Below, piece by piece: positions 22,423 through 31,825 of a stretch of DNA of 32,000 bases. The stretch is from Candidatus Nanohalobium constans. GTDB lineage: Archaea > Nanohalarchaeota > Nanosalinia > Nanosalinales > Nanosalinaceae. A program made the position numbers and the translations under genes. How positions within the stretch are numbered: the first letter of the stretch is position 1; every line of letters begins with the position of its first letter. The DNA lies in assembly GCF_009617975.1 (NCBI RefSeq), contig NZ_CP040089.1:120001-152000 (forward strand), read 5' to 3'. A model generated the notes under the pieces. It made no database searches. It worked only from the letters and a program-made list of their open reading frames with translations, and was not told the DNA's origin.

Positions 22423-24312
22423 TTATTCTTTAATATCAGATTTTCCTGGAGGCAGAGCTCTGATGATGTAGTCTAGGTCGAGCTCTTTGTCAAGTCTTCC
22501 CTGTATTTTCTTGGCTATCTCCGATTTCTTGGTGTGACCTGGTTTCAGGGTTACATAGCTTTCGCAGTTCTCATCTATCGCTGATTCGGGTCCGCACATC
22601 GGTACTTTGACTTCGTCTATTTCGTGTACGCCGATGCTTGCTTCGACTGATACATTTCTCATGTAGGTTCTCTCGCCTCGGATGACGAATGCTCCTTTCG
22701 CCAGGTACTCTCCTGACTCAGGGTTTTCAGTCACTTGTTCGGGATCTACATAGTATACATCGTCTGCGCCTATGCCGGCTTTCCATGTCTTTGCGAATGT
22801 GACAGCGGCCTTCGCAGCCTCTTCACGCGTCGCGTCCCCACAATCCTGTCCTTCTTTGACTACGACACTGGGTGCGCCGTCAAAGTCAGCGTGGAAGTAC
22901 AGATCATTTGACTCCATATGTTTCTTGACCAACATATCATTGGTATTGGAGTCTCTTCCAGCCAGAATCAGGTATCCTTCCGAACTGTGGAACCAGCGGT
23001 ATTTCTCAAACCATTTCTTCTCCCTCTTCTCAGTCTTATCCTCCATCACTTCCTCTAACTCGATGCTCTCAGCATTTAACTCTTCAAGCTGCTTCTCTGT
23101 CTCTTCCTTAGCCTTCTTCGCGTTTTCTATCTTGGACTCGGATTCCTTGGCTTTGTCGTAATAGTTGGATGCAATGGCTTCCAGGTCTTCTCCAAGCGTC
23201 AGCTTGATATTCTTTCCATCTACTTCAGCAGTAACGAATCTCTCCTGCTCGTTGAATCCTTTGACTTTCTCCGTTAGTTCATCCTCTGATTCCTCAAATT
23301 TCTCTCTCACTTCACTCCATTCATGTTTTTTAACGCCTTCTTCCACTGCTTTCTGAATTTCATGCAGTGTTCCGTAGTTCTCATATATTATTTCCGCTTT
23401 CTCACGGTTTTCCTCAGCAGATCTTTTCAGTCCTTCAATTTTTCTTTCCTGCTGTTGGAGCTGCCTTTCAATACCTTCTTTCTTTTCTTCATAGGCTTCT
23501 CTCTTCTTTCTTTCCTCTTCTTTCTTTTCTCTGCGGTAGAAGTATTCGTCCAGTGCTTCTGAGAACTGGTCGAACCATTCTTTCTCCATTTCCTCGTATG
23601 TCTCCAGTGGGAATGGCGCTGCTCTCTGAGGCATGTTGTCTTCGCTGTAGAGGATCGGGCTTCTCTCGTTTATGATTAAGTTTTCTGCTTCAATCCGTAT
23701 TCTTTCTTTTTCATCGTCTGTGAGTTCTTCTATTTTTGTGGTCTTTTCGATTCCGGTTCTCATGCAGATTTCTTCTGCGTATTTACCCCCTAGACTTAGA
23801 TCGGAGGCGAGGCGTCTGACGATTTCTCCATCATCTAGAACTTCGAATATATCGTCTGTCTCCCGGGGATCGGTGGTTGGTTCAGGGTAGACATATTCTT
23901 CGCCGACTTCTATGGTTCTGTCAGCCCATTCTTCCTGTCTCAGTGCTCCGATTATTTTTCCTTCTTTTACCAGGATAAAATTGCCTTTACCGAATATTTC
24001 GCAGACTAGTTTGACATCTCCGCTCTGGAGCTCCAGTATCCGGTCGAATCCTCTCTGATTTATCTTATCGACTTTGCCAAGATGTTTTCTGAGTTCCATG
24101 CAGAATCCTGGGGGCTTCATAGGGTTGTCTCGCTTGTATTTGGATAGGAACGCGTGGCTGGTGCCGACTATCAGTCTTTCCTTTCCGTCTCCAGGAATGT
24201 ATATTTCGATTGTCAGTTCTTGACCTCTCTGGTATACTTTCTGTACATGTCCGTCCTCCAGTTCCTTGAAGTCTTCCATCAGGATTGAGAGGTCAAGACT
24301 GGTTAGTTCCAT
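22423..24312 (-). CDS. NFACT-family protein (archaeal Rqc2/FbpA homologue, ribosome quality control)
   Basis: N-terminal NFACT-N pattern (LTSLDLSILMEDFKEL..GHVQKVYQ), a central long coiled coil, and C-terminal DLYFHADFDGAPSVVVK (NFACT-R/DUF814). 629 aa. Confidence 0.8.
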   Translation of the reverse strand: MELTSLDLSILMEDFKELEDGHVQKVYQRGQELTIEIYIPGDGKERLIVGTSHAFLSKYKRDNPMKPPGFCMELRKHLGKVDKINQRGFDRILELQSGDVKLVCEIFGKGNFILVKEGKIIGALRQEEWADRTIEVGEEYVYPEPTTDPRETDDIFEVLDDGEIVRRLASDLSLGGKYAEEICMRTGIEKTTKIEELTDDEKERIRIEAENLIINERSPILYSEDNMPQRAAPFPLETYEEMEKEWFDQFSEALDEYFYRREKKEEERKKREAYEEKKEGIERQLQQQERKIEGLKRSAEENREKAEIIYENYGTLHEIQKAVEEGVKKHEWSEVREKFEESEDELTEKVKGFNEQERFVTAEVDGKNIKLTLGEDLEAIASNYYDKAKESESKIENAKKAKEETEKQLEELNAESIELEEVMEDKTEKREKKWFEKYRWFHSSEGYLILAGRDSNTNDMLVKKHMESNDLYFHADFDGAPSVVVKEGQDCGDATREEAAKAAVTFAKTWKAGIGADDVYYVDPEQVTENPESGEYLAKGAFVIRGERTYMRNVSVEASIGVHEIDEVKVPMCGPESAIDENCESYVTLKPGHTKKSEIAKKIQGRLDKELDLDYIIRALPPGKSDIKE

Positions 24313-24346
24313 AATTCAAATTTAGAATGTGAATTACAAAAAGCAA

Positions 24347-24853
24347 TTATTTTTCTATCTCGATTTCGTCCTCAAAGTTTTCTTTGAATTCGTCTACCTC
24401 TTCGATGTTGAAGTAGTCCAGGAAGAAGTCTGTGACGTCTAGGATTGCTGTTCTGCCGTCTTTTTCTTTGTCGACGAATCCTCTGGAGACAAGTTCTTTG
24501 ACGTGTTGGTAGGCTCTGTTGCCTCTTATTTCTATGATGTTGGCTTGTTCTACTGGCGCGTTGTATGCGATCAGTGAGAGTGTTCTTATTTCTCCGGAGT
24601 TTAGGTCTTGGTGTGGTGCGAGGTGGCTTACTTCGTCGATGTGGTCTTTTTTGACTTTCATTTCGTATCCTTCGTCTGTGTGGATTATTTCTAGGCCTCT
24701 GTGTTCTTCTTCGAGCATTTCTTCGAATTCTTGGATTAGCATGTCGACATAGCCGATGCTTCCGAGGTTCATGATGTCTGCTATTTCTTTTCTTGTTACT
24801 GGTTCTTCTGCTAGGTAAAGTGCTGCTTCGAGTTTGGCCTTTTTTTCTTCCAT
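24347..24853 (-). CDS. scpB: segregation and condensation protein B
   Basis: KLEAALYLAEEPVTRKEIADIM, then a second winged helix (LSLIAYNAPVEQANIIEIRG....HVKELVSRGFV). Sits directly downstream of scpA and smc. Confidence 0.75.
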   Translation of the reverse strand: MEEKKAKLEAALYLAEEPVTRKEIADIMNLGSIGYVDMLIQEFEEMLEEEHRGLEIIHTDEGYEMKVKKDHIDEVSHLAPHQDLNSGEIRTLSLIAYNAPVEQANIIEIRGNRAYQHVKELVSRGFVDKEKDGRTAILDVTDFFLDYFNIEEVDEFKENFEDEIEIEK

Positions 24854-24871
24854 TTGAGGGTGCCTCGGTGT

Positions 24872-25633
24872 TTAGTTTGCTATGTAGTCTGTTTCTTGTT
24901 CTGGGTTTTCTTCTAGTTCTTGTGGCTGTACTTTTAGGTCTCCTAGGAATTCTTCCTGTATTAGCCGGACTTTTTCGTCGTTTTCAAGGTGTAGCATGTG
25001 TTTGAATTTTTCGATTTTTTCTTCCCTGTCTTTTTGTTCTATCAGGTCGTCGAAGTTTATTTCTTCGTCCGATTCTGTGGTTATCTTGTCTTTTATTGAG
25101 CCTAGGAGCTGGTTTAGTTTCTGTGTTAGGTCTTCTTCATCCATTTCAAATTCTTGGTCCATTTCGGCTCTCCTTTCTCGGCGTTCGTCTCTGCGCTGCT
25201 TTACTTCTACAGCATCTTCCAAGGCGCCTTTTAGTTCGTCTAGGCGCATTCTTCTCTTCGGCTTCTGCTTTACAGGGACTTCCAGATCAGGTCCGTCTTT
25301 GATCTCTATTCTTTCCGTGTTTTCTTCCATGAGTTCTTCTTGCATCATTTCTTCGTCTTCGAATGCCATTGGGTCTTCTTCTAGTTCTTGGTCTTCCTCT
25401 TCTGCTTGTTCGAATTCAAGTGCCTGTGTTTTCATTTTTAGAAGGGCTGCGCAGATGCGGATGGCTTTTGCAGGTACGGAGAGGTCGTATTCTTGTAGTT
25501 CGGAGAGGTATTGTCTGTATCTATCGGCTAGAACTGTGATATCTATTTCTTGTGGGGGCATATCGGCTGTTAGGAAGTCTATGGTTTCTTCCCATGGTTC
25601 TTCTGCTATTTCTTCAACCTTGACTTGGTCCAT
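24872..25633 (-). CDS. scpA: segregation and condensation protein A (kleisin)
   Basis: IDITVLADRYRQYL......DLSVPAKAIRICAALLKMKTQAL is an N-terminal kleisin pattern, followed by an acidic linker. C-terminal LIQEEFLGDLKV is winged-helix-like. Position between smc and scpB. Confidence 0.75.
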   Translation of the reverse strand: MDQVKVEEIAEEPWEETIDFLTADMPPQEIDITVLADRYRQYLSELQEYDLSVPAKAIRICAALLKMKTQALEFEQAEEEDQELEEDPMAFEDEEMMQEELMEENTERIEIKDGPDLEVPVKQKPKRRMRLDELKGALEDAVEVKQRRDERRERRAEMDQEFEMDEEDLTQKLNQLLGSIKDKITTESDEEINFDDLIEQKDREEKIEKFKHMLHLENDEKVRLIQEEFLGDLKVQPQELEENPEQETDYIAN

Positions 25634-25723
25634 TATTTTTTCATCTCTGTGGCTTCCTCCTCCTTAAAGTCCCCCGTGTACATTGTTTATGCCGTCAGAA
25701 GGTTTAAAGACTATCGTCTTATC

Positions 25724-28270
25724 CTACATTTCGTCTAGTTCTATGCTTCTCATCTGGCTGACTCCTTCGCGCATCGATACTCCGTAGGCTCGGTCTGCGT
25801 GTCTGACTGTGATGTCGTTGTGGCTGATGACGATGAACTGGTTGTCGTCCGCGTACTGTTTTAGTATCTCCGACAGTTTCTTGGAATTAGTTTTATCCAG
25901 TGCGGCATCGATTTCGTCCATGATGTAGAAGGGGCTTTCCTCGTATTCTAGGATAGCGAACACGAAGGCTATTGCTGTCATAGTTTTCTCTCCACCGGAC
26001 AATGCTTGTATGATGTGTGGGTCTTTCTTTGGAGGGGCTGCACGAATCTTCAGTCCTTTTGTGATGTCGTCGTCTTCAAGTATCAGTTCTCCGTTTCCGC
26101 CTCCGAATAGCTCTGTGAACAGTCTTGAGAAGCTTTCCTGAAGATCCTCGAGTGTGTCCATGAATCGCTCTCTCTTCTCCTGCTCGATCTCCTCGATCAT
26201 GTCCTCTATCTCCAGCTTCTCCTGCCTGATTTCAGAGACCTTGTCCTTGAACTCGTCGAACTCCTCTTTTTTCTGCTTGTACTCTTCTATCGCCCGCATG
26301 TTGACAGGACCCATAGAGTTCTGCTTACTGACAACACTTCTCTTCTTTGATTTCAGGTCTTCGGGCGTAGAATCCAGGCCGATCATCTCATCCTCATCGA
26401 AATCGTATTCTGATTGATCTTCTTTCACATTCTCCAGCTCAGCCTTCAGGTTAGCCTTCTTGCTTCCAACTTCGTCAACTTTGGTCTCCAGCTTCTGTTG
26501 TTCGCTGTAAAGCTCCTGTCTCTCACTTCTTAGATCGTCAAGCTCTTCTCTCAGTTCTTTCTTCTCCTGCTGCAACTCTTCATCAGTCTCTTCCTCCTCT
26601 TCTTTACGCTCTTTCATCTCCTTAAGCTCTGCAATATCCTTTCTTAAGTCTTCAATCTCTTCCTCTACTTCTTCCTTCTCCTTCTTCTTTTCCTCGGGGT
26701 CCAGTGACTTAGAGAGTTTCTTACTTTTCTTTCCTTTCTTTTTCTTCTTTTTACCTCCGCTCATTGCTCCTCCACGACTCATTACATCGCCGTCCAGAGT
26801 GACAACGCGGACGCCGTCAATATTCTTTACTGAGTCAAGGTCTTCCGCAATTAAAGTATCTGAAAAGACATAGTTTACCGCTATATCGTATTTGTTGTTG
26901 TAGTTCACAAGGTCTGCTGCGTATCCGATCACTCCTTTCTTCTTTTTTGCCATCTTTGACTTAGCGGATCTGTTTCTGTCTTTCAGCTTGTCCATCGGCA
27001 GCATCCGCGCCCTTCCAATATTCTCCCTTTTCAAGTAGTTAATCGCGTCAGTAGCAGTCTGAGCATCCTCAACCACGACATCGTTCATGTGACCTCCGGC
27101 AGCAGTATCGATAGCCACAGCGTACCGGTTATCAGCAGAGATCAAGTCTTCGAAGGCGCCGTGAATCTTATCGTTGTCGAGTTGGAGCACTGATTTGACG
27201 GCTCTCTTCTTGTTTCCGCCTCCACGGTTCTTCATCTTCTTCAAATCTTCGATCTGGTCCTTCAAGTCGTTTATCTTGTCTTTCTTGTTTTCGATTTTTC
27301 CTCTCTTCTTTTCTATACGGTTTTCGAGGTGCTGGATGTCATTGTTTCCTCCCATCTGCTCCTCTATTTCTTCTATCCTGTCTTGCTTCTCATCGATTTT
27401 CTCATCAATTTCGTCTAACTCGTCTTCTAGCTCTTTGATTCTTTCACGCTGTTCAGAGACATCTGTGTTGATGTTTGCAAGTCTGTTGGAGAGCGCTCTT
27501 TTTCTGACTTCCAAGGTTGAGGCTTCGAGCTTCTCTTTCCTTTCTTCTAGTTCTCTGTATTTTATTGCTAGTTCTTTTTCTTCCTTCAGTTTTTCCAAGT
27601 GATCTTTCTTCTCGTTTAGTATGATTTCCTGTTCCTGGAGTTTTTCCTCTACTTCTTGCAGTTCTTCCTCTGCTTCGTCTTTTTTCTCGTCGAATTCTGC
27701 GACTCCTGAGAGTTCGTCTACTACTTTTCTTCTTTCTTTGTCGCTTTGCTCGACTATCTCTGTTACTTTTCCCTGTCGGACGAAGTGGTATCCGTCTGGG
27801 TCGATGTTTGCCTTTCTGGCTATCTCATCTATCTTGCTTCTTTTGCAGTTGCTGCCTTGAAACTTGTACATCGAGGATCCAGCTTGAGTAACTTTACGAC
27901 CGACTTTAACCTCTTCAACCTCCTGTCCTTCTTCCAGAAACTCGTCAAATATGCCGGAAGAGTTGTCCAGTGTAATAGTTACTTTGGCATGGTCTGCCTG
28001 GCTGCGATTCTCTCCACCATTGAAGATCAACTGGGTTAACTTCTCGGCACGAAGGCTAGAGCTTCTCTTACCGAAAACAAAGCTCATAGCATCTATAATA
28101 TTAGACTTTCCGCTTCCATTCTCTCCTACAATTGCTGTAAGTCCGTTGTAGAAAGGTACAGCAGTTTTTCTCTGAAAACTCTTGAATCCTTTGCTTGTTA
28201 CCTTGTTAATCTTGGTTTCCGCACCGTAATCAGGCTCTTCAGTCTCTTCCTCTAGCTGTTGCTCAGTCAT
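25724..28270 (-). CDS. smc: SMC chromosome-segregation ATPase, unusually short (848 aa)
   Basis: Walker A GENGSGKSN, hinge IHGAFEDLISADNRYAVAIDTAAGGHMNDVVV, signature LSGGEKTMTAIAFVFA and Walker B FYIMDEIDAALD. Start trimmed to the ATG at 28270, because the ORF-track extension to 28492 overlaps the divergent hydrolase gene and is Ser-rich junk. Confidence 0.9.
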   Translation of the reverse strand: MTEQQLEEETEEPDYGAETKINKVTSKGFKSFQRKTAVPFYNGLTAIVGENGSGKSNIIDAMSFVFGKRSSSLRAEKLTQLIFNGGENRSQADHAKVTITLDNSSGIFDEFLEEGQEVEEVKVGRKVTQAGSSMYKFQGSNCKRSKIDEIARKANIDPDGYHFVRQGKVTEIVEQSDKERRKVVDELSGVAEFDEKKDEAEEELQEVEEKLQEQEIILNEKKDHLEKLKEEKELAIKYRELEERKEKLEASTLEVRKRALSNRLANINTDVSEQRERIKELEDELDEIDEKIDEKQDRIEEIEEQMGGNNDIQHLENRIEKKRGKIENKKDKINDLKDQIEDLKKMKNRGGGNKKRAVKSVLQLDNDKIHGAFEDLISADNRYAVAIDTAAGGHMNDVVVEDAQTATDAINYLKRENIGRARMLPMDKLKDRNRSAKSKMAKKKKGVIGYAADLVNYNNKYDIAVNYVFSDTLIAEDLDSVKNIDGVRVVTLDGDVMSRGGAMSGGKKKKKKGKKSKKLSKSLDPEEKKKEKEEVEEEIEDLRKDIAELKEMKERKEEEEETDEELQQEKKELREELDDLRSERQELYSEQQKLETKVDEVGSKKANLKAELENVKEDQSEYDFDEDEMIGLDSTPEDLKSKKRSVVSKQNSMGPVNMRAIEEYKQKKEEFDEFKDKVSEIRQEKLEIEDMIEEIEQEKRERFMDTLEDLQESFSRLFTELFGGGNGELILEDDDITKGLKIRAAPPKKDPHIIQALSGGEKTMTAIAFVFAILEYEESPFYIMDEIDAALDKTNSKKLSEILKQYADDNQFIVISHNDITVRHADRAYGVSMREGVSQMRSIELDEM

Positions 28271-28297
28271 ATATAGAATAAAAATGGTCTGTCTGAG

Positions 28298-28306
28298 ATT
28301 AAAAAA
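28298..28306. promoter_or_regulatory. central TATA-like element (ATTAAAAAA) shared by divergent smc and the serine hydrolase gene
   Basis: Lies 28-36 nt from the smc ATG (28270, minus) and 23-31 nt from the hydrolase ATG (28329, plus) in a 58-bp spacer. Confidence 0.45.
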
Positions 28307-28328
28307 CAAGGGTGCCACACACCTCAAC

Positions 28329-28883
28329 ATGGAAAAAGCCTTCATCTTCCACGGAACAGGAGCATCAAGAGATGACCACTGGTTTCCATGGTTAGAAGAG
28401 AAACTGGAAGAAAAAGGAGTAGAAGTCTGTCGTCCCGACTTTCCAACACCAGAAGGCCAGGAACTGGAAAACTGGCTTGAAGTTCTGGACAAACAAGAGA
28501 TAGAGATTGATAAGGATACAGTTTTAATTGGTCACAGTCTCGGAGCAGTCTTTATACTAAACATTCTCAACAGGAGAGATCTCGACATCGAAGCAGCGCA
28601 CCTTGTATCGGCCTGGACAGGACTACTACCCAACGAACAGTTCAACGAATGGAACTCAACTTTCCAAGATGCCGATTTCGACTTCGAGAAAATCAAAAGG
28701 TCTATAGGTGAAATACATCAATTTCATTCTGCCTCTGATCCTTATGTTCCTTTGGAGAAGGCTGAAGAACTAGCTGTAAATCTAGAATCTAATCTGCATC
28801 TGAAGGCTGATGCAGGACACTTTAACACTGATTCAGGTTATACAGAGTTCCCAGATCTCTGGAAAATGATAGAAGAAAAATAG
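28329..28883 (+). CDS. alpha/beta serine hydrolase, YdeN/RBBP9-like
   Basis: FIFHG.....HWFPWL N-terminus, nucleophile elbow LIGHSLGA, later SD and H residues. 184 aa from the ATG at 28329. Confidence 0.65.
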   Translation: MEKAFIFHGTGASRDDHWFPWLEEKLEEKGVEVCRPDFPTPEGQELENWLEVLDKQEIEIDKDTVLIGHSLGAVFILNILNRRDLDIEAAHLVSAWTGLLPNEQFNEWNSTFQDADFDFEKIKRSIGEIHQFHSASDPYVPLEKAEELAVNLESNLHLKADAGHFNTDSGYTEFPDLWKMIEEK

Positions 28884-28900
28884 GAAGTATTTTTGTTTTA

Positions 28901-29179
28901 TTAGGCTACAGGCTGCTGATAATCTTTCTCAAGCATTTCGTCTATGTAATCCTGGCCTTCATCAGTCAGTTTGTATGTATCTGCCGCTATTTCCCTAAGT
29001 AGTCCTTTCTCTAACATCTTCTCCGTTGATATATTAACTGCTGAATAATTGTGTCCTGTTAATCCATCTTCTCCATAGAGCTCATCTAGATGCCCTATAT
29101 TTCCCCTTTTCTCCGAGAGAGCTTCTGCTATATCCTGGACTGCTTCAGGAAAAAGATGGGAAACAGATTCCTGCACCAC
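28901..29179 (-). CDS. small hypothetical protein, possibly winged-helix
   Basis: GTG ORF starting 7 nt after the aspS stop. The C-terminal KGLLREIAADTYKLTDEGQDYI resembles a wHTH wing. Weak call. Confidence 0.4.
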   Translation of the reverse strand: MVQESVSHLFPEAVQDIAEALSEKRGNIGHLDELYGEDGLTGHNYSAVNISTEKMLEKGLLREIAADTYKLTDEGQDYIDEMLEKDYQQPVA

Positions 29180-29186
29180 AATTCAC

Positions 29187-30497
29187 CTAAGGCTCCAGCC
29201 TGTCTGGAGTTCTTGGGAATAGGATTGCTTCTTTGATGTTGTCTAGTTCGGCAACCTGTTTAACCAGGCGATCTAGTCCTAGTCCGTATCCTCCGTGTGG
29301 CGGCATTCCGAATTTGAAAGACTCTAGGTAGAAGCTTATGTCTTCTGGGTCGATTCCTTCTTCTTCGACTTTTCTCATTAGGCGGTCTGGGTCGTGTTCT
29401 CTCTGTCCTCCTGAGACTAGTTCTAAGCCTTTGTAGAGCATGTCGAATCTTCTGCTCTGGTATTCGTCTTCTTCTCTTGCTTCTCCATAGTAGAACTTTT
29501 CTCCGGGGTATCCGACGATGAATACTGCTGGATGTCCCTGTTCTATGAAGTGTTCGCCGAGAAGCTGCTCTCCTTCTGTGTCCAGGTCTCCTTCATCCTC
29601 TGGACTGTGGTCGTACTCTTCTCTGAGGATTCTTCTTGCTTCCTCAAACTTGATTCGTGGGAAGTCGTCTTCAGGGATTTCTAGGTCGATGTCTAGGACT
29701 TCTAGGTCGTCATCTGCTCTTTCCTTGGTTTCTTTTAGTGTGTAGCGAAGGCTTTCTTCTACTACATCCATTACATCGTGCTGGTCTTCGATGAAGGCTA
29801 GTTCGACGTCGAACATACTGATCTCTGATACGTGTCGGCTTGTTGCGAACTCTTCAGCCCTGAATGCTGTTCCTGTCTTGTATACTTTGTCGAATCCGGC
29901 TGCCATCAGCATCTGCTTGTAGAGCTGTGGGCTTTGGCTTAGGAATGCTTCTTGGTCGTAGTAGATTACTGGGAAGAGTTCTGCTCCTCCTTCTGCACCC
30001 ATTTTGGCGATTGTAGGTGTTTCTATGTCGATATATCCTTCTTCATCGAACCATTCCTCCATTGACTGTACTAGATGGCTTCTCAGTGAGAAAATCGCGT
30101 GTACTTCTGGCGTCCTCAAGTCGATGAAGCGGTTGTCTAATCTAGTTGAAAGGTCGGAGTCGATGTCTTTGGAGATATCCATCGGCAATGGTGACTCTGC
30201 TTCTCCTACTATTTCCAGGGATTTCGGTACTAGTTCTCTGTTGCCTGGTGCTTGGTCTGTTTCAGTTACTTCTCCTTTTATGTGTACCAAGTCTTCTTTC
30301 CCGACTTCTTGGGCTTTGTTGAACAGTTCCTCGTTTCTATCTTCCTTGAATGTTGCCTGGATCTGTCCTTCTCTGTCCCTGACGACTATGAAGGTGATTC
30401 CTCCGAGGTCTCTGATTTCATGTGCCCATCCGGCGACGGCTACTTCTTCGCCGTCGTCTTCTGGCGTAATATCATGAGTATAGATTCTTTCAATCAT
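29187..30497 (-). CDS. aspS: aspartyl-tRNA synthetase, archaeal/eukaryotic type
   Basis: N-terminal OB fold ([23 protein letters not shown]), class II motif 2 region [21 protein letters not shown], and motif 3 [11 protein letters not shown]. 436 aa. Confidence 0.9.
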   Translation of the reverse strand: MIERIYTHDITPEDDGEEVAVAGWAHEIRDLGGITFIVVRDREGQIQATFKEDRNEELFNKAQEVGKEDLVHIKGEVTETDQAPGNRELVPKSLEIVGEAESPLPMDISKDIDSDLSTRLDNRFIDLRTPEVHAIFSLRSHLVQSMEEWFDEEGYIDIETPTIAKMGAEGGAELFPVIYYDQEAFLSQSPQLYKQMLMAAGFDKVYKTGTAFRAEEFATSRHVSEISMFDVELAFIEDQHDVMDVVEESLRYTLKETKERADDDLEVLDIDLEIPEDDFPRIKFEEARRILREEYDHSPEDEGDLDTEGEQLLGEHFIEQGHPAVFIVGYPGEKFYYGEAREEDEYQSRRFDMLYKGLELVSGGQREHDPDRLMRKVEEEGIDPEDISFYLESFKFGMPPHGGYGLGLDRLVKQVAELDNIKEAILFPRTPDRLEP

Positions 30498-30646
30498 AAT
30501 TAGTTCACATTTTGATTTTCTGGTTCAAACTTTTATTCCCACTAGGTCCGATTTAATTGTCTTCATCCGAGTTCTACAGTGCTGTACCTAAACTGCAGAA
30601 ACTTATTTAACGCTTGTAATACATTTATTTGATAGAGGTATTATTT

Positions 30647-30886
30647 ATGGATACTTTGGCTGTGAAGGTTCCTGAAGGGCAGAAGAGAAAACTTGGTGAA
30701 ATCGCTGAGGAGGAGGGATATCCAAACACCTCGGAGTTTGTAAGGGAGATGATTCGTGAAGAGATCAACAAGAGAAAAGTCCTCAGACAGGAATTTGTAG
30801 AGGAGATTGAGGAAAGGGTTGAACAGGTAGAAAATGGAGAAATCAGCTTGGAAGATATGAAGACAAACGAAGAGTTGAAGAGCTAA
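30647..30886 (+). CDS. ribbon-helix-helix antitoxin-like protein
   Basis: MDTLAVKVPEGQKRKLGEIAEEEGYPNTSEFVREMIREEI is an RHH pattern. Start placed at the ATG at 30647 rather than the TTG at 30629. Lies 16 nt upstream of a RelE/ParE-like ORF. Confidence 0.65.
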   Translation: MDTLAVKVPEGQKRKLGEIAEEEGYPNTSEFVREMIREEINKRKVLRQEFVEEIEERVEQVENGEISLEDMKTNEELKS

Positions 30887-30902
30887 AAACTGGTTTTAGG
30901 AA

Positions 30903-31223
30903 ATGGCTGAAACAGTTTACTGGCATCCGCAAGCACGGATAGATCTCGAAAAATTATCTCAGAAAAAGCAGGACCTCATAACTGAGAGAGTAGGCGAATT
31001 TAGCAGAGAAGGAACAAGTTACAAGCACTTCGGCAGAGTAACTGTGCAGGAAAATAGCTTCGACAAGTTCAAAATAAAGGCAAAAGAGACTGAACCTTTC
31101 GAAGTAAATCAAAGAGTTATAATAGATCGATATCAGAACTCATGGATTATCTGGGGAGTAAAACACAGAGAAAATGTCTATGAATCAGAATTTGTCGAAG
31201 AAATAATGGAAAGAGAATATTGA
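30903..31223 (+). CDS. RelE/ParE-superfamily toxin-like protein
   Basis: 106 aa. N-terminal VYWHPQARIDLEKLSQKKQDLI, and C-terminal RVIIDRYQNSWIIWGVKHRENVY resembles the R.i......i.i..v.hR...Y core of RelE/ParE. Paired with the upstream RHH. Confidence 0.55.
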   Translation: MAETVYWHPQARIDLEKLSQKKQDLITERVGEFSREGTSYKHFGRVTVQENSFDKFKIKAKETEPFEVNQRVIIDRYQNSWIIWGVKHRENVYESEFVEEIMEREY

Positions 31224-31227
31224 AACC

Positions 31228-31250
31228 AAGACTCAATCTCAGTGAGTCTT
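31228..31250 (+). terminator. perfect 8-bp stem-loop after the RelE-like gene
   Basis: AAGACTCA (31228-31235), a 7-nt loop, then TGAGTCTT (31243-31250), starting 5 nt after the stop codon. A terminator role is inferred only from position. Confidence 0.3.
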
Positions 31251-31303
31251 CCGCATTCAGTAATAGGTTATGTTCAAAAAATCGCTCCTGTAAAAACTAA
31301 ATC

Positions 31304-31816
31304 ATGACTATAAACAAGACACAACTTAAAGAGAGAATCAAGGAGGACGATTTGATAAACAACTTCATCGACCTAGAGAACCAGTTACAGCCCGCGGGAT
31401 TCGATGTAACTGCTGCTGAAGTCCACAGGTTTGAGGAAGCTGGTCAACTCGACTTCTCAAACAGTGAAAGAGAAATACCGGATACAGAAGAAGTCAAACC
31501 GGTCAAGAAAGATGAGGAAGATGATTATGGCTGGTGGAATCTGGAACCAGGAGCCTACAAAGTAGTGATGAACGAAAGAGTCGATATACCGGAAAACTTT
31601 ATCGGGGTGGCTCATCCAAGAAGTTCTCTGCTACGTATGGGGTGTACAATTGGCAACGCTTTATGGGAGCCAGGGTACACTGGTCCGGGAGAGTTTGTCT
31701 TGATTGTTCAGAATCCTGAGGGCGTCGAGATTAAGGAGAACGCCCGTGTCAATCAATTGACTTTCGAGGAAATTGATGAGACAGAAGGTTATGATGGAGT
31801 ATACCACGAAGGATAG
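31304..31816 (+). CDS. dut: dCTP deaminase/dUTPase-family enzyme, most likely archaeal dUTP diphosphatase
   Basis: LQPAGFDVT, GVAHPRSSLLRMG, and the GYTG.GEFVL pattern match the trimeric DCD/DUT family. The 170-aa length fits Dut better than Dcd. Confidence 0.75.
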   Translation: MTINKTQLKERIKEDDLINNFIDLENQLQPAGFDVTAAEVHRFEEAGQLDFSNSEREIPDTEEVKPVKKDEEDDYGWWNLEPGAYKVVMNERVDIPENFIGVAHPRSSLLRMGCTIGNALWEPGYTGPGEFVLIVQNPEGVEIKENARVNQLTFEEIDETEGYDGVYHEG

Positions 31817-31825
31817 CTAGTATTT

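Noticed and set aside
25634-25650. Mini-uORF ATG-AAA-AAA-TAA overlapping the scpA ATG (TAATG), with GGAGGAGG about 30 nt upstream
   Set aside because: At three codons it is too short to evaluate, and A-rich sequence next to a start codon is common here. There is no supporting evidence of function.
24996-25667. 223-aa Ser-rich ORF on the plus strand, with similar long antisense ORFs at 18566-19006, 27174-27602, 30004-30477, 12868-13351 and 22772-23161
   Set aside because: Each lies entirely antisense to a well-supported gene (scpA, protease, smc, aspS, hel308, NFACT). Their S/F/L-rich low-complexity translations are what reading GAA/GAG/GAT-rich codons backwards would produce, and no motifs are present.
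28271-28492. 74-aa N-terminal extension of the SMC ORF in the track
   Set aside because: The extension is Ser-rich and non-homologous, and it overlaps the divergent hydrolase gene. The canonical SMC N-terminus (...GFKSF....F..GLTAIVGENGSGKSN) follows the internal ATG at 28270, which also has a TATA element at the right distance.
28901-29179. Small ORF downstream of aspS as GatC (amidotransferase subunit C, similar size and logical linkage to a non-discriminating AspRS)
   Set aside because: The sequence does not resemble the GatC pattern I recall (no ..LA.LARL.L..EE... N-terminus). It looks more like a winged-helix protein, so it is kept as hypothetical.
30575-30586. TACAG-TG-CTGTA inverted repeat upstream of the second RHH gene, sharing the TACAG half-site with the vapB palindrome
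   Set aside because: It has only 5-bp arms and lies about 60 nt from the start codon, so it is too short to distinguish from chance. It is noted only as a possible lead if VapB-type operators are mapped.
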